Source: Phaeosaccion multiseriatum
Lineage: Eukaryota; Protista; Ochrophyta, other classes
Length of the DNA stretch: 64,000 nt
Direction of reading: 5' to 3'
Assembly (NCBI GenBank): GCA_965112735.1
Contig: OZ218958.1
Location: 2,046,001 to 2,110,000, forward strand
Shown: positions 25,085 to 42,792 of the stretch, one piece after another
How the letters are laid out: every line of letters begins with the position of its first letter
How positions within the stretch are numbered: position 1 is the stretch's first letter
Notes under the pieces: generated by a model
What the model was told of the DNA's origin: nothing
The model's database searches: none
The model's input: the letters and a program-made list of their open reading frames with translations, nothing else
Program-made: the position numbers and the translations under genes

Positions 25085-26656
25085 TCAGTACTCGCCGGGC
25101 TGGTGCTGCATCTGGTGCTGCAGCTGTTGATGATGGTGGGGGTGCGACATCATGTGTTGTGGGTGGTGGTGCATTCCGTCGGGGTCGAGGGGGTGGTGCT
25201 GTTGATGCTCCTTGTGCATCTGATGCTGCTGGTGCATTTGATGCTGCTGCTGCCGTTCCACCTCCTGCTGATGCAGCAGCTGCTGCTGGCGCTCCACCTG
25301 TTGCTGATGCTGCTGCTGCAGTTGCAGCTGCATGGCGTTATCCTCATCCTCTTGGAGCTGAGGCAGGCCTGCGTTCCACTTCTCCATGGCTTCCTTATAT
25401 CGCTCTGCATCCTCCTTGAACTTGAGCTGGAAGGGGACCTTCTCCTCGGCCCCCATCTTCGACCATTCCTCCCCTAACTTCTTGCTGATATCTACATTCT
25501 TGGCCTCAGGCATTGCTTGCTTGAGTTCAGGCCGCCTCTCCTGGCTAAAGTGGAGAAAAGCAGACATGGCGCGTTTGGGGGCACGGGGGTCCTTCTTCTG
25601 CCTCTTGTTCGGCACCTTGAGCGGGCCGTCATACGACTCGAGCTCCGTCTCGTAGCGAGCCTTGTCCTCCAAGGCTTTGGCCTCCCACGGCTTTCGTGCC
25701 TCATCATCCAAGCTGCGCCACAGCTGCGCAATCACCTTCATGACTTCAGTCACCTGGGAGGGGGGCGTGGTTGCCGCGACATTCGTTCAGACACATACAG
25801 ATGCAGATGGTGAGATGAGCACAAGTCAGGCCAAAGCCTTTCATCAAGGCCGAGCTGCTCCCTTCAGCGTCCAGAGGCCCCGCACCTTCGCCTCGGGTGG
25901 CAGTTGGGTCTTCATTTCCTGCCGCTTCTCGATGGAGAAGAGTATGTACGCTGACATTCCCCTCTTGGGAGCACCAGGGGCTTTCTTGAGGGCCCTCTTC
26001 TTCCGTTTCCTGCCATCGCCTTCTCCTAAAGCATCCGCCTCGTGTTGTTGGTGTGGCTGCTGCTGCTGCTGCTGCTGTGATTGCTGCTGAAAGCGCTGCT
26101 GCTCCTCGAGATGCTGATGCTGCTGTTGCATTATTGCAACCATCTCGTGGTGGTGCTCATTATCATCTTCTTCTTCTTGTTGTTGTTGTTGTTGTTGTTG
26201 TTGGTGGTGGTGGTGTTCTTTTTCTTCTTGTCCTTCTTCTTCCTGTTCTTCTTCTTGTTCTTCTTCTCCTTTTTCTTGTTCTTGTTCTTCTTCTCGTTCT
26301 TGTTCTTCTTCTTGTTCTTGTGGTTGTTGTTGATCTGCGTAGCTGCCCATTTGTTGATCTGCGTAGTTGCCTATCTGCTGCTGCTGCTGGTACCCTTCGT
26401 GCTCGTCGTGCTGCTGCTCATGCCCTTGCTGCTGCGGCTTCTCATGTCGCTGCTGCTGCTGCTCATATCGCTTATGGTACCGCTGCTGCTCCTCGTGCTG
26501 CCCCTGCTCGAGCCGGTACTGCTGATAGTGACGGTGCCCCTCTTGCGGCGGCAGTTGCTGCGGCGGCAGCGACTGCTGTTTGTGCTGCTCCACGCAGGGC
26601 TGCTCCTTATCATACTCCCGGCCCTCTCCCTCCTCCCTCGGCTGCTGCTCCGTCAT
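25085..26656 (-). CDS. Two-HMG-box protein with Gln/Glu/His-rich termini
   Basis: KKAPGAPKRGMSAYILFS and KKDPRAPKRAMSAFLHFS boxes. One intron at ~25865-25754. Confidence 0.93.
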
Positions 26657-26837
26657 TCTCCAAGCACGAAAGTCGCTCGTGAAGAAAGGTTGGTTCTTTC
26701 GATGGCACTTCACGCGCAGCCCTCTTGACTTCCGGCCTCGCAGGCGAGAGGCAAACGTTGTATTACCCCGTGGCAGGAAAACGGTTTGGGGGGGGGGGGA
26801 GGGGCGCTGGTATCCCTTATCGATCGACGGGCGATCG

Positions 26838-30267
<3,430 letters not shown>

Positions 30268-30594
30268 AGGTAGAAAGGAAGGCCCCTCATCATCCTCTGC
30301 CCTTCCTTGGGTGGCCATCGGGGCTTCGAGCCCCCCAGCCTGTGTTAACATACTCTGCCCGCGGCGTGACCAGAAAAAGAAGCGGGCACCTCTCGCTGCT
30401 TCTGAGTCACAGTCGCCCTGAGCGTACACGCAAGCAGCACTGTACTTGTTGAGATTAGAGTCCTCTTTAGAGCCCAGCTTCTCCTCAACCTTGCGGTGCT
30501 CTTTCCTCAGGGCCGAGAGACTTGTGAGTCATTCAATTCACCACTAAAACGATAACGGAGAGAATTGACGCATCACCCACGCCAGACGGGCCGA

Positions 30595-33500
30595 TCAAAA
30601 CACTTCTGTCTGCAGCTGGAGCGTCCGCAGCAGCTGCACGATCAAGGCTTCGCCGCCCGCCCCCAGACTGGAGCCCGCTCCTCCAGTCATGGGGGGGTTG
30701 ATCCAATCTGGCAGGCTCAGAGCCCTCACGGAGCTCGAAATCCCCACACGCGCAGAATCCTTGCCCAGCGCTTGCCGCAGCAAGAGCCACACGGCATCGC
30801 CATCGAGCCTCAGGAGCTGCTGAAGTAAGTCGGTAGCGAGGATGACAATCTCAGTTCGCGCCTCCCCAACGCTCGCGGCAGTGATGAATGGCAAGGCTAA
30901 CAAAGCTGCGTCGCGTGCTAGCGGCACCATGAAGCGCTGACAAGCCTCGCTCTCGCTCAAAGCCGTCACGCAGCGAATGAGAGCGGCCACAATCTTATCA
31001 TCCACTCCTTTGAAAGGCTGGCTCGGAAACGTGGTCTGTGCTTCCGCCTCATCGATGGCACCTGGACCACGCCCAGGCCTCTCGCGGGAGTGAGACAGGC
31101 GTTTTCGCTGGATGGCGGCCCGGTTCCTCTCCAAGAGGACTCGGAGCAGCGGCCACAGCTCTTCCGTCACCTTGAGCGACAGAAAGTCCCCGCAAAGCTC
31201 CACCAGCGTCTCCAGCGTGAGCAGCAAATGAAGCAACACAGCCTTCCGAGCATCGAGCGACTCCCCTCCCTCCTCCGACAACGGCTCCTCCCCGCTGGTC
31301 GCCAAAACCAACCCTCTCCGGGAGTGGTAAGGGGGGCTGCCCTCCGCATGGATACCCCCGCCTCGCAAGGACACCGGGCTGGCATGATCTCTAAACCTCG
31401 CCAGCATGCTGGGCCACGCCTGAGCAGAGGAAAAGTGGACAAGTGCCGAGGCGAAGCAAGGGTCAAACCTAACCCTGATTACAGGCGCGTACAAGGTAGA
31501 AAAATGCTCTCCTCCCTCCCTACCTGATGCACACTGGTGAGCAAGACAGTGTCGACTCTAGTCTCGGCGAGGCGCTGGAAGCACGTGCGCATGACCGATA
31601 ACGTCATGGCTTGTATCCGCAGCCGAGGCGTGGCCAGCATGTAGCAGCAACGCTTCAGCACCTCCTTGATGGCCTTGACTTCCTTTGCCTCGCAAATGTC
31701 CCTTTCCCGCTTCTCATCGGCAGTCTCCTCCCCCTCCTGTGCCTCGCTCGAATCTCCATCCTCTTTGTCAGCGGGATGCGCTCCTCTCTTCACCGACTCC
31801 TCCCCCCTTTCCTGCACGTGCAAGACATCACTCGGCGATGCGCATTCGGTGCAGAGCTGCAAAAACCATTCGCTCTTTCGGAGACATTGCGGCCTCTTCG
31901 CATCATCCTTGGGGACGTCAGCCTCAGCTGTCGCTTCGTCATGCGCATGAACAGAGGAGGGGGGCAAAGGCCGAGACGAAGACCCCCGTGGGTGCTCAGT
32001 CGACTTGTGACCACCACCCTCCCCATCGCCCTCTTTGACAGGCATGGTCGTGGCATTGACCAGGGCGGACAGGACCCTCAGGTTGGGCTCCTCAGCATTC
32101 ATGTCCCACTTGAAAGAGTCCACCTGACGCAGCACGGCGGTCGTCAAATCGTGCACGACTGGAAAGGGGGGGGGGGTTGGGGTGACTGTTAAAGGTTTGG
32201 GGAGCAAAAGGTAGCCTGCCTGACACGCATTCCCCGCGAAGAGAGCCGCTGACCGAAACGCCTGTGCCTGTAGGTGCTTTGCTCCGCTCACTCACCTGGC
32301 GTGGGGGCGCTTGCATCGCTGTAGCGCAGCACCGCGGCGAGAACCGCAGACACACGCAGCGCATCGTCCCCGGACCCCATAAGCCCTGTCCTGCTATGTG
32401 TATGTCCGGCACAAGGGTACACAACAGAACAAAGTCGGGGACGGGAGAAATGCGTCACGACAGAACGGTCACGAGCAAAGCAGCAGCACCACCCACTACC
32501 CCCTAACGCCTTACCTCCTGCGTGCTCGGCGGCTGCTACTGACTGCACCTAACGAGTTCATGTGCAGAAGGGCCGCGTCCACTATGTAGTCCATATTCTG
32601 CGCAAGGAGACGTGGGACACCGTCCTCTTTCCCTCCCCCTCCTTGGAAATGCCCCGAGGAGCCCTGCGATGAAGCAAAGACCTGCAAAGTGACGAGAGCG
32701 GCGCCTCGGACAAATGGGTGCGGGTCTGCCAGCTTGGTCAGCAGAGGATAGATAGCTTGTTGCAGCAACGCCTCCGACAAGGGCGAGGCCGGACGACGCC
32801 AGTCCTGCGGGCAGCAGCAGCGAGGCAGGTTTGGGGGGGCAGCGAGCGCATCATGTAAATGTTCCCCGCCAAGGAGGCAAAACTAGCGCTTGTAGCCAGA
32901 CCCCCTCCCTTCTCACCTTGAGTGTGCCGACTACTTCCAAGAGCAGAGCCGTCAGCGTTGCCTGGCCTTGCAGCACATCCCGGGAGGACGACGCAAGATT
33001 CTCATCTCCCGGTCCTCCCTCATCCCTTCCCTGCCTTTTGGAGAGGGTCTGGGTGCTGCTCGCTCTCCATGCCACCGCCTCCTTTGCCAGCCCCCCACCC
33101 TCTGCTGGTGCTTTTATTTCCCCAGGAGTCAGAGAGGTGGGCAGCGTCCAAGCCGTACAGTGCAGCACCCGGTCCAAGATGGCCAATGCCTGCTCCTCTG
33201 GAAACGCGTCGAGGGAGTCACTCCCCCCCTCGACACCTCTGAGAAGCTCGGCAATAATGTAGGCCACGGCCTGACCTTTCCGCAGCCACAAAAGTCGCTG
33301 CTGCACTCCGCTCGCGAGCGTCGACTCCCCCTCACTTGCCCCTCCGCGTGCTCCTCTCCGTCCGCTTCTCGGCAGCACCTCAGGCGGTCTTGTCGTCACT
33401 TGTCTCAAGAGGCGTTCCACAAAGGCCCAGAAAGACGCCCTGCCGCTGGTGCTGCTCCCTCCGCCCTGCCTTCCCAGCGCATGGAGCATCTTCTTCGCAG

Positions 33501-35763
33501 ACTGAAGCGTAGCGTCATCGCTGCACAGTCGGAAGGTGGAAATGGCAAGTGGTCAGAAGGAGAGTTCGAGTACACACCATCACAACAAAAAAAGCACCGT
33601 GGCACTTCACGCACCGGATGTGGGAGAAGATGCGGCGTGGATACCGCGAGTAGAGCTTTGCTCGCTCAGACGGCGCTCCCTCTCCGTTGTTACGGCCGCT
33701 GCTGCTGCTGCTGCTGCCGCTGCTGCTGCTGCTGCAGATGGGCTCAGGGTTTCCAAGCTCCGCTGAGAGGGACGCGCTGGAACCACTGTATGTGGCACGA
33801 GGGGCAAGAGTCATTCCCGTGACAAGGGGCTGGAAAGGGTCCAGCTCGAACGCCAAGCAGAGGCAAGCGATAAGCGCCGGCGAGTGGGCGTCGAGAAGGA
33901 TCAAGGTGTCCGGTCCGAGCAGACGGAGATACCCGCCGAGCAGATTGAAGCTTCCCCGCAAATTCCGCTCGTTGGCCGACAGAGCCACCGAAGGGAGAGA
34001 CTGGAACCCCTTCAACGCCCTCTGCCAAGACAGGAAGGAAGGAAGGAAGGAAGGACGGAAGGAGAGCACATGAGGGGCACGTGTGCGCACATTTTGGAAG
34101 ACCCCCTGGGTCCCGGGGCTGACCCTCTCACCTCCACCAGACTGCTGCGCACTGTGAGCCAGGCGAGGGCTCCGAGAGACTCCCTGTACAGCTCGAGACC
34201 TTGCGCGGCGGACATCGAGACGGCGTCCTGTTCGTCCACTTGCAGGCCTAGAGTTGGTCCGAGACAGGAAAAAGGGAAAGAAAGGAGGTCAGGGGGGGGG
34301 GCGATGCGAGGGCAGACACGAAGATTCTCGTGTCTTCTTACCAATGAGGGTCTCAAGCAAGACGAGCGCGATGGGCTTGACGGACTCCCCGCAGGTGAGG
34401 AGGACATCTTGGCTCATCGCAGAGAGGGCTAACCGCACCTTCCATGATGGGTGGTGTCTGTCACGTGAAAGGGAAAAGAGGAACGAGGAACGAACTCTTT
34501 GAGAAAGTTCTGCATTTCGAACGCAAAATAATGCTCGCACCTTCTCACCTGCACTGTGTCGCAATGGGGGGCATGAGCACCACGAGCTTCTCCATAGCCG
34601 CGGCGACCCACGCATCTCCACTGCCATCCTTTGCATCTAGGTGGAGGGGTGCTGCTGCTACCCCAACATTGGCGTTGGCCTGCTTGGCAAGATGCAGCAG
34701 CATATGCATGGGCTTTTCTTCCTCTGCTGCGGCCGGCAGTGGCGGTGCTTGTGGCCGCTTGTCGCTTGCGAGGCACACCACAACGAGGCGGTGTAACATG
34801 ACAAGCGCCGCCTCCACCTCCTTTTCTCGTCGGCGTGCCCCACCCCCCCCCTTCAAGACCTGGTCATCAAGCACAAGCACACTCTGAGTTAGGTACTGGA
34901 ACAAACATGCCTCAAACGCAAGACCACACACCGTCGTTTACCTTGAAGAGAGCGCTGAACACGCCAGGGAAGAAACTCCTCCACAATTTCTTGTCGTCGG
35001 AGAGCAGCTCTAGTAACCCCCTGCCGAGTTGCAGGCTGGACAGACGAGACGCACCATCCCCAAACCCCTCAGCGACGTCCATCGAGGACTGCACGAGCTG
35101 GGCCAGCAGCCCTCCGCCGTACGCCGCTGACAGTGACGCCTTGACCTCGCCCCAGAGCAAACACAAGGCATCCACATGCTGTGTTAGGCAAGAGCCAGGG
35201 GTAGAGACCTCCCCTGCACATCGGAGGATGGCCTTAACACACATCAGGCAAGCGTCCAGCAGACCCTCCGCCTGCGCCGACGTACTCGACTTGGTACCCT
35301 GCGCGTCCTTCACTCCGAGCTCGCTGATGATCAGGATCAGCCCGTAGAGGAGCCGCGTCACCTCTTGTGGCCCTGCCGCCTGAGAAGAATGGACTGAGTC
35401 ATTCTCCACGAGATACGCCCCACAAGTACCCACATAGTCCGTGAGGAAGCGCACGGACATCTCCTTCACTCTCACTGGCATGTTTGCTTTGGCTGACATG
35501 ATGATCGACAACGGCAACAGGACCTGGCCCCGAACTCCTGCTGCAACTGACCCACACACCGGCGACGGGCCCGTATCTGCTGCGGAGGCCCCTGTCGTTC
35601 CCAGCTCCGACAACTTTTCTCGAAGGCCTACAAAGCATTGGTTTAACTCCTTTTCAAGACCTTCCACATCGCTCTTCTTCGCCGGGGAGCATGAGTGATA
35701 ACGCTGAAGATGGGTCATCAACTGGACGCATGTCTCCACGACCTGCGACGTCCAGAGCTTCAT
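30595..35763 (-). CDS. TTI1: TELO2-interacting protein 1 (TTT complex HEAT-repeat subunit)
   Basis: FFPGVFSAL, HPSWKVR, YPLLTKLADP...VRGAA...LLAQNMDYIVD, LL.SVHQAWP and LCGDFL...LWP, a motif order typical of TTI1. Exon boundaries approximate. Confidence 0.82.
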
Positions 35764-35923
35764 TTCTTATTATACCTTTACAAGGTGGTGCTTCGGGCTG
35801 CGCCCTCGGCAGGGAGAGGGAGAGGGAGAGGGAGAAATGTACTTCAAGTGTTGTGTGAAGAACCAACACACACAGAAGGAGGGAAGATATGGATGTCCTC
35901 CCAATAATCCACCCTGGCCCTCC

Positions 35924-36152
35924 ATGCCTACGGAAGAGCAGGAGGATGATATCGACTATGAGGACCAAAGGATTAAGGTGGGGGGGCATGCATTCGACGT
36001 GATTACTATATCCAACGAGTCTCTCCCGCTGGAGCTCCTCCTCCAATTGGAAACTGAACACCGCGAGATCTCTGGCCAGGTAGGCACAAAACCCATCTGC
36101 TGTATCTCTCGGCATCGTGTGACAACCTTGTCACGCTTCCCTCCTCCTCCTC

Positions 36153-36188
<36 letters not shown>

Positions 36189-36956
36189 CTCCTGCTGCTT
36201 CTCCTGCTGCTCCCGCCCTGTTCTGCTCCTCAGCGCTTGTGGGAGGGTTCCTTGCTCTTGGGTCAGTTCCTGACTTCAGCGTCTCCGGCCGCACTAATAC
36301 GTGGGGCGTCCGTCCTAGAACTCGGAGCAGGTGTGTCTTTAAAGGTACCATCTTCATCTTTCATCCTCCAATTACTTCGAAGTACTTTCTAAATTGCTCG
36401 ACTGTGGGACCCACGAGTAGGAACGGGCGTCTGCAGTCTTCTCTGCTCTTCCCTCGGAGCAGCGGTGGCAATTGCGACTGATGGAGATGAGTCTTGTATA
36501 AAAATGATGGACAAGAACATTATCAAGAATGGGCTGAGTGGCACATGCTGCTCTTCGTTGCTTCGATGGGGAGAAGAAGAGACGTACGACTCCGTGAGGG
36601 CCGTATGTGGGAGAATGGGCACTCCTGCTCCACCCTTTCAAGTGATAATAGCGGGCGATGTGCTCTACAAGGCAGACTTGGTCCAGCCACTCTTGGAGAC
36701 GGTCGCGGAGTTCCTGGCGCCTGGGGGGTCCATGTATCTGTGCCACATACCAAGGGCGGGAGTCAGCCATGCCTCCGTGCAGGGGAGTATGGAAGACATG
36801 GGCTTCTCCTTTGTGGAAGAGGCCGTCAGTGCACTCGGGATTGACTTTGCATTGTGTGAGGATGATGTGAACAGAGCAAAAATCTATAAAATAGGTACTG
36901 GGGCAGCAGCAGGCATGAGTGTGGCCGAGGGAGGGGGGAAAGGAAGCTTTTCTTAA
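35924..36956 (+). CDS. METTL21/EEF2KMT-type (Methyltransf_16) protein lysine methyltransferase, 3 exons
   Basis: SGQ|RLWEGS, VLELGAG|TG, ATDGD, LRWG and IIAGDVLY. Confidence 0.9.
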
Positions 36957-37504
36957 AGTGCCGGAAGCCGTTTCGAGCACGGTTCTGCCTGATTCTCTCC
37001 TCCACCTGAGGTGGGGAGGGATTGCAGACAGCACATTTCGTATCCTAAATTCTCCATCACAAGCACATGCCCCCCCCTTCAGAACCTCAGCAACTACGTG
37101 ACGACGAAAAAGCCGGACAAAGCCTTTCCAACTCACGTAAGAGAGCGCATTACCTAGTGCTCCCATTTTTCGGTCGAAGGACGCCGGTTGAACTGCATCC
37201 TATGCTCCATCCACGAGGCCCCCTGGGTAGCCAGCTACCCTTGGGAGAGGCTCGCGGAGGCGGCGGGCGGGTCGGAGGAAACCAAATGTGCTCCGCTATT
37301 GTAGCTCAAAGCGCCCTACAGGCAGCGACCTGCTGCCTGGCTCCTCTCGGGTGCTGGGCTATCTATCTGGTGGTGCAGGGCTGCTGCGTGTTCCGTCCCA
37401 CCTGCCGTTCCAGCTGTGGATACCCACTCTGTCTGTGGGCGAGCTTGTTCCTGACTGAAGAGCTCCCAGCAAACGTGTGTGTCATGAGACAAGAGAAATA
37501 TGCG

Positions 37505-38220
37505 TCACCTTCTCCCGCCAGCGCTGTTGGCAAAGCCCGCACGCACACCATAGTATGTCGCCATGAGGCCAAATCCAGCCGCGCCCCCCAACGCTGCTGG
37601 CTTCAGCCCAGCTGTGGACTTGAACATCAAGCCCGACAAAGTGGCCGCTATACAAGGATTGGCGAATTCAGCCTCTCCGAAGAACCGATCCACTTCATTG
37701 GCATCCAATACGTGCTCCGCACACGTGTAGAAGAGCGCCAGAATGCCGCCGCTGTTACCCAGCCGAGAGCCTCTTTTCCCCGACGAATTCATCACACTAT
37801 TCAGCACCACCCGAAACTTGCCGGAAGGTGCCTTTCTTCGTCCCTCTTGAATCCCATACAGCCCTCCCAATGCAATACCTGGCGTCGTAAGAGAACGGAA
37901 CAGGTTGGGGGGGGGGGTGGAGAAAGATGGCGAGAAATCATCAGCGCGACCACCCCTCATCCAGCTTCTCCCCGTGCCGCGTTACCTGCAACATAGCTAG
38001 CTCCGCAATTATACGTTGATTTCGCGAACAAATCACGCTCCTTGACGTCGTAATTCAAGTACTCTGGCTCGTTGTTACCCCCCTGTACTCCCATGGCCGG
38101 AGCCACAGTCCTCAAGTCGATGTTCGTATTCAAGTTTGGCAGCTTCAGACCGCCGAATTGGCCGGCAGGGTCGCTATACTTGTCCTCCTGAGGAGACCCC
38201 TCTTCCGCATTGGTCGCCAT
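37505..38220 (-). CDS. TIM23: Mitochondrial inner-membrane translocase Tim23
   Basis: PEYL, YNCGASY, LNSVMNSSGKRGSRLGNS.GILA and GLMFKSTAG. The 3' end may include another exon. Confidence 0.9.
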
Positions 38221-38339
38221 CTCCCCCCCTCTTCCTCTTATGCTACGGGCACCAAAAAATAAAGAAAGCTGTGCGGCGGCGGACAAGCAAGTGAGATCGA
38301 GTTGTTAAAAGTTCCCACCCCCTTCTCTTCGGTGTTGTA

Positions 38340-38411
38340 TCTCTGCTATCGCCGGCGCCAGCCGGCGTGCTATATAATATTATCGGGCCCTGCAAGTACG
38401 TCAGGGGTCGA
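38340..38411. mobile_element. Partial copy (right end) of the TCGACCCCTGAC family
   Basis: GCTATCGCCGGCGCCAGCCGG followed by GTCAGGGGTCGA. Confidence 0.65.
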
Positions 38412-38476
38412 GTACTTGGAAATGTGCGGGTAATAATCGAAGACTCCACGCGAAGGTCTGCAGCCCGGTGAAAGCG

Positions 38477-38622
38477 TCGACCCCTGACACACTATCCGCT
38501 ATCGCCGGTGCGCTATCAGCTATCACCGGCGCTAGCCGGCGCGCTATCCGCTATCGCCGGCGCCAGCCGATCCGCCGATAGCGCGCTATCGAGAATGTGG
38601 GCGATAGTGCGTCAGGGGTCGA
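38477..38622. mobile_element. 146-bp MITE of the TCGACCCCTGAC family
   Basis: TIRs TCGACCCCTGAC(A/G)CACTATC. 6-bp TSD AAAGCG at 38471-38476 and 38623-38628. Confidence 0.92.
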
Positions 38623-38858
38623 AAAGCGGGGAGGGGGCTGCCCCGCCCTCGAAGACGGCAGAAGAGGGTGGGAGGGTGAGGCCGGCGCTGTTTGTATTCA
38701 TTATCAACCCGACCTTTGCGTCCATAGACTTGCTCGGGCTTGTTGGAGGTCCATCCCCCCCTTCCTAGATAGAATCTCGTCTTTCCCAACCTCCACAGCA
38801 GAAGTACCGACGACCTCTCTACTCTGCTCTCTGCTCAAATCACACTCCCTCTCTCCCT

Positions 38859-40101
38859 TCACTCTTCATCGTCTTTCATTTCGTCATCTACGATACTTTT
38901 CTTCGCCCACTGTTCCGCTTCCTGAATGACGTCTTTCGGCACCGTAGCAAACTTGAAGTCGCTCTCTTCGCACACCCAGCCCATTTCTAGTTCGAAGGGC
39001 TGCAAACGGGGTGAGAAAAAGTACAGAGAGATGGGAGAGAAAACGAAGTGGGGCACGCAAAGGAGCAGTGGTGGTGAGAAATCGAAGCGGGGCACGCGAA
39101 GGGGTGACGAGGGCCCGGGGGGTTGGGAAAGAGTTTGCGGGTTGCGGGTTCATCTTCTTTCATACCTTGTCTTTCGACTCATCGTGCAAGACGTGCAGGA
39201 TCTTTGCCACGTGGTTCATCGCCTCCCGGACGGTGAGCTCTGCGGGCTTAAGCTTCTCAATCTCCGTTTTGGCGCTCTGTCGGCCTTTGCCTACTGCGCA
39301 GCCGAAAAACCTGTAGCTCACGCCTGACGGCTCGATCATGTACAGCTCTGGTGACTTGGTCTCCTCGTCGTAGCCTGCCACAAGTGTGGAAGCTCCGAAA
39401 GGCCTCAGACTCCCGTGGAGAGTAAAGTAGTGCACGTATTGGCTGATGCGGTCGTTGAGTAAGCACGGGGGCGCACGACTGCCATAGTTCTCCTTGTAGT
39501 TGCTGCACTCCTCTCTCCCTCGCGCCACAATTTGCCTGCCATCTGCAATATTACCCGTCATTGCAAATCCCACGTTTGCATCAATTCCATGGATACGCCT
39601 GCGCAGATGGAGCACAGCAAGAATGAGGAGGAGGAAGTAGGGGGCAGCGGACAGGAAAGGACACGTTGAGGAAGCTGTGGTTATTTACACCATGTCACAG
39701 CACCGCACCAACCTGTTCGTGCCGGGCAGAAGGAGCTTACTCAGCAAGAGCTTCTCCACCGCCACCAGTACCCCGTCCTTGCACTTCACTCCGATTGCGG
39801 TTCCACTGTTCTCTACAGCCTTGGTAGCGTACTCCACCTGGAAGATCTTCCCATCCGGCGAGAACGTTGTCGGGGAGAGATCGTACTGTAGACAGGCACG
39901 GGCACGGGGGAGGGAGAGCGTGTGCTCGTCAGAATAACGCTGGACAAAAACATATAGGGGCGCGGCCGAGAAGGGGGGGGGATCGGGTTGACACGACTCA
40001 AGTAGGGTGGTGGGGGGGGGGGGGGATTAAGTTGGGTGGGAAAACATCAAAAACGGCAAGGCCCTTCGCATTCTACTCACGCCTGATCCCGTTGAGCTCA
40101 T
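38859..40101 (-). CDS. PSMA3: 20S proteasome subunit alpha 7 (alpha type-3), 4 exons
   Basis: MSSTGSG|[47 protein letters not shown] and KDK|PFELEMGW. Confidence 0.97.
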
Positions 40102-40296
40102 AATTCTCCCTGGACGCTGTGGGAGAAGATGTCCGGGCGCTGCCGCTGTTTTTCTAGGGGCTTCTTCTTCCTTACCGCTGACTCACAGAGGCGGAATTTT
40201 CGGTGGAGGACCAACCCGCGTAACGGCGAGAGCACACCAAAGAAGAGTTTACCTCTGAAACTAGCGTGTGATGTGAGGGTACCGTGCGTTACCACC

Positions 40297-41862
40297 ATGT
40301 ATGACCAAGGCGCTGCCATTGTTATTGATGCTGGGAGTGCCAGCATCAAGGCAGGCTTCGGCGGCGAAGATGTGCCCCGCAGCGTCATGCCCTCCCTGGC
40401 CGAGAGCCTCGACCTCAGCCCCGATGAGCTGCTCAGCTACCGCGCCTTGCGACCCAAGGTGCGTGGAAATCCTTTTGTGTCTGAAGCTTAGTGGGCTGGT
40501 GTAATGGCCTAATCGCGGCAGCCTTCGTTCTTGCCGCTTTTTGCAGGGGGTTGAGTGCTACACGGAGTACGCGGGCGCAGGCAAGGAAGAGCAAGGGAAG
40601 CGGGCGGTGGAAAGAGGGCGAGTGACAAACATGGACGAAATGGAGAAGTTACTGGACAACGTCTACAATATGGAGCTGAGGTAAATGACTCGAGGCGCTT
40701 CGAAGAAGGACGCTTGGGAAGCTTTGCCGTCGTTCGCTAACGTTTGTCGTATCCTCCCGATTCTGCGCCCATCTATGCTACACAGTGTGTACCCAGACAT
40801 CCACGCCCCAGTCCTCCTGACCGAGACGCCGCTTCGGAACAAAGCGCGACGCGCAGAGATGGCAGAAATGATGTTTGAGACGTTCAAGGTTCCGGCATTG
40901 AGCACGTGCAACTCGGCCGTGCTCTGTCTCTTCGCCTCTGGGCGGACAAGGGGCCTAGTCTTGGAATGCGGCGCCGGGGTGTCCCATGCTGTACCCGTAT
41001 TCGAAGGCTTTGCCCTGCACCATGCTATCATCAAGCTTGATCTCGCGGGCCAAGACGTGACTTTTAATCTCCACAAGCTCCTGCAAGAGCAGGGGTTGGA
41101 TGTGAGCCTTGACGCCACCCGGGATATTAAGGAGAAGCTTGCATTCTTGGGAGAACCATCGGGCCAGGTAGGCAAGCGGAGGTGTGGGGCCCTTTGTCGC
41201 GTCGAAGAGCTGTGAACGGCTTTGATCATCGCGCCTGGCTCATCCTATATATGACTTTAGTTCCCCACCCGTGTTTCCTTACTCTTTCACCCAGACCGAC
41301 TTCTCCGACGAGTACGAGCTCCCCGATGGTCAGACTATTCAAGTAAGCAAAGAGAGCCGGAGGGCCGCCGGCGAGATTCTTTTCAATCCCAGCTCGGGGC
41401 TTTCGGAGATGGCAACCTCAAGTATAGAAATGTGCGACAAGCACCTCAAGAGCGACCTCTACGGCTCAGTGGTACTGGCTGGAGGTGAGTTCGGGGCCTT
41501 ATCCATGGTCTTTTCCTCATCCCGTCAGATCATTAGTGTCTTACATGCAACGAATCCCCATCGGCTTGCATGCACAATGTACATGTGTGTCTGCAGGGAC
41601 CACAATGCTTCCTGGATTCGCAGAACACTTTAAGCGGGGCATGGCGTCGGCCATGCAGAAAAAGGAGCTCTTCTCCAACACGCCGTCTGTCATCCCGCAC
41701 CCAACTGCACACGAGCCAGGCTACAACAGTCAGCGAAAATTCGCTGCTTGGATCGGCGGCAGCATGTTCGCGAGTTTGTCTACCTTCAAGCTGATGCAGG
41801 TCACAAAGCAGGAGTACGAAGACGCGGGGGAGGCCATCATACACAAAAAGAATTGCGTATAG
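40297..41862 (+). CDS. Divergent actin-related protein, ~5 exons
   Basis: IDAGSASIKAGFGGEDVP, PVLLTE, AEMMFETFKVP, VSHAVPVFEG, YELPDG, VVLAGG|TTM and WIGGSMFASLSTF. Confidence 0.92.
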
Positions 41863-42197
41863 ACCCAAAGAAAGCACATGTCCGTCCTTTGCCCACCTTC
41901 TATATATACATTATATATGTATCTTCCTCGCATCCTCTGTCTCTTTTTGTTTCATGTGTGTGTGTCCTGAATGCCTGGCTATTCCTTACCCTGAGGCACA
42001 GAAGCGAAAGCTGTAATATGCGCCTTGCTCCATCGAATAGAGCATAGTGTCTATCCTCCAAGGCGAATCATATCACCAGCACGGCCACATCCCCTCTCAG
42101 CTGTCTCCGGTCACCTCCCCCCTGCTGCCGGGGCTGCTGCTGCTGGCTGGGGCTGCTGCTGCTGGCTGGGGCTGCTGCAGCGGACAGAAAAGCAAAG

Positions 42198-42792
42198 TTA
42201 CCATCCATCGTCCTCCTTCTCTATTGCGGCCGTGACCTTTCTATCCTTGAGCGCCTGTCTCTGCTCCTCCGTCCCCCCAGACTCCAGGGCTCGCCTCATC
42301 TTCGTCGTGACGTCGTCCACGTCTGTGTCGTAGTCTTCTTCGTCCTCCATCAGACCGGCAGCCAGCTTGCTGGCCATCTGTCCATGGTCCGACAGCGCAA
42401 AACGCGGAGGGGAGTTAGCACAATTTGCCAAAGGGGTTGGGAGGCAGGTCGCCCGCTAGCGGCATTAGCTTACTTACCCTCTCGCCAAGGTCACCACGCG
42501 CTACGGTTCTTTCGCCCTGTGCCTCTGTGAAGGCCACCAGCCCGATGCCGAGAGCCAGCCCACCCACCCCGGTAGCTATCCCGATGAGAGTATTCTGGTC
42601 AATGTCCATCCGAAGAGAGGTAGTGGCCCGGGTATTGCAGCTGCGGGTGCATGCACCGGTCTGCGCCTTGGAGCTGGAGCTCGGAGCGAGACTGGCACGA
42701 GGGATGATTGCGAAGCCAGCTCCAGCATCAAGCACGCAAGCGAGTACAGTCCCCACTAGACCAAGACGAGCCAGCCCTCGGATAATCGCCAT
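42198..42792 (-). CDS. Small plastid-targeted single-TM protein of unknown function, 2 exons
   Basis: Signal peptide ending AG|F, Ser-rich transit peptide ending SLRM, TM segment IGIATGVGGLALGIGLVAFTE and an acidic tail. Confidence 0.7.
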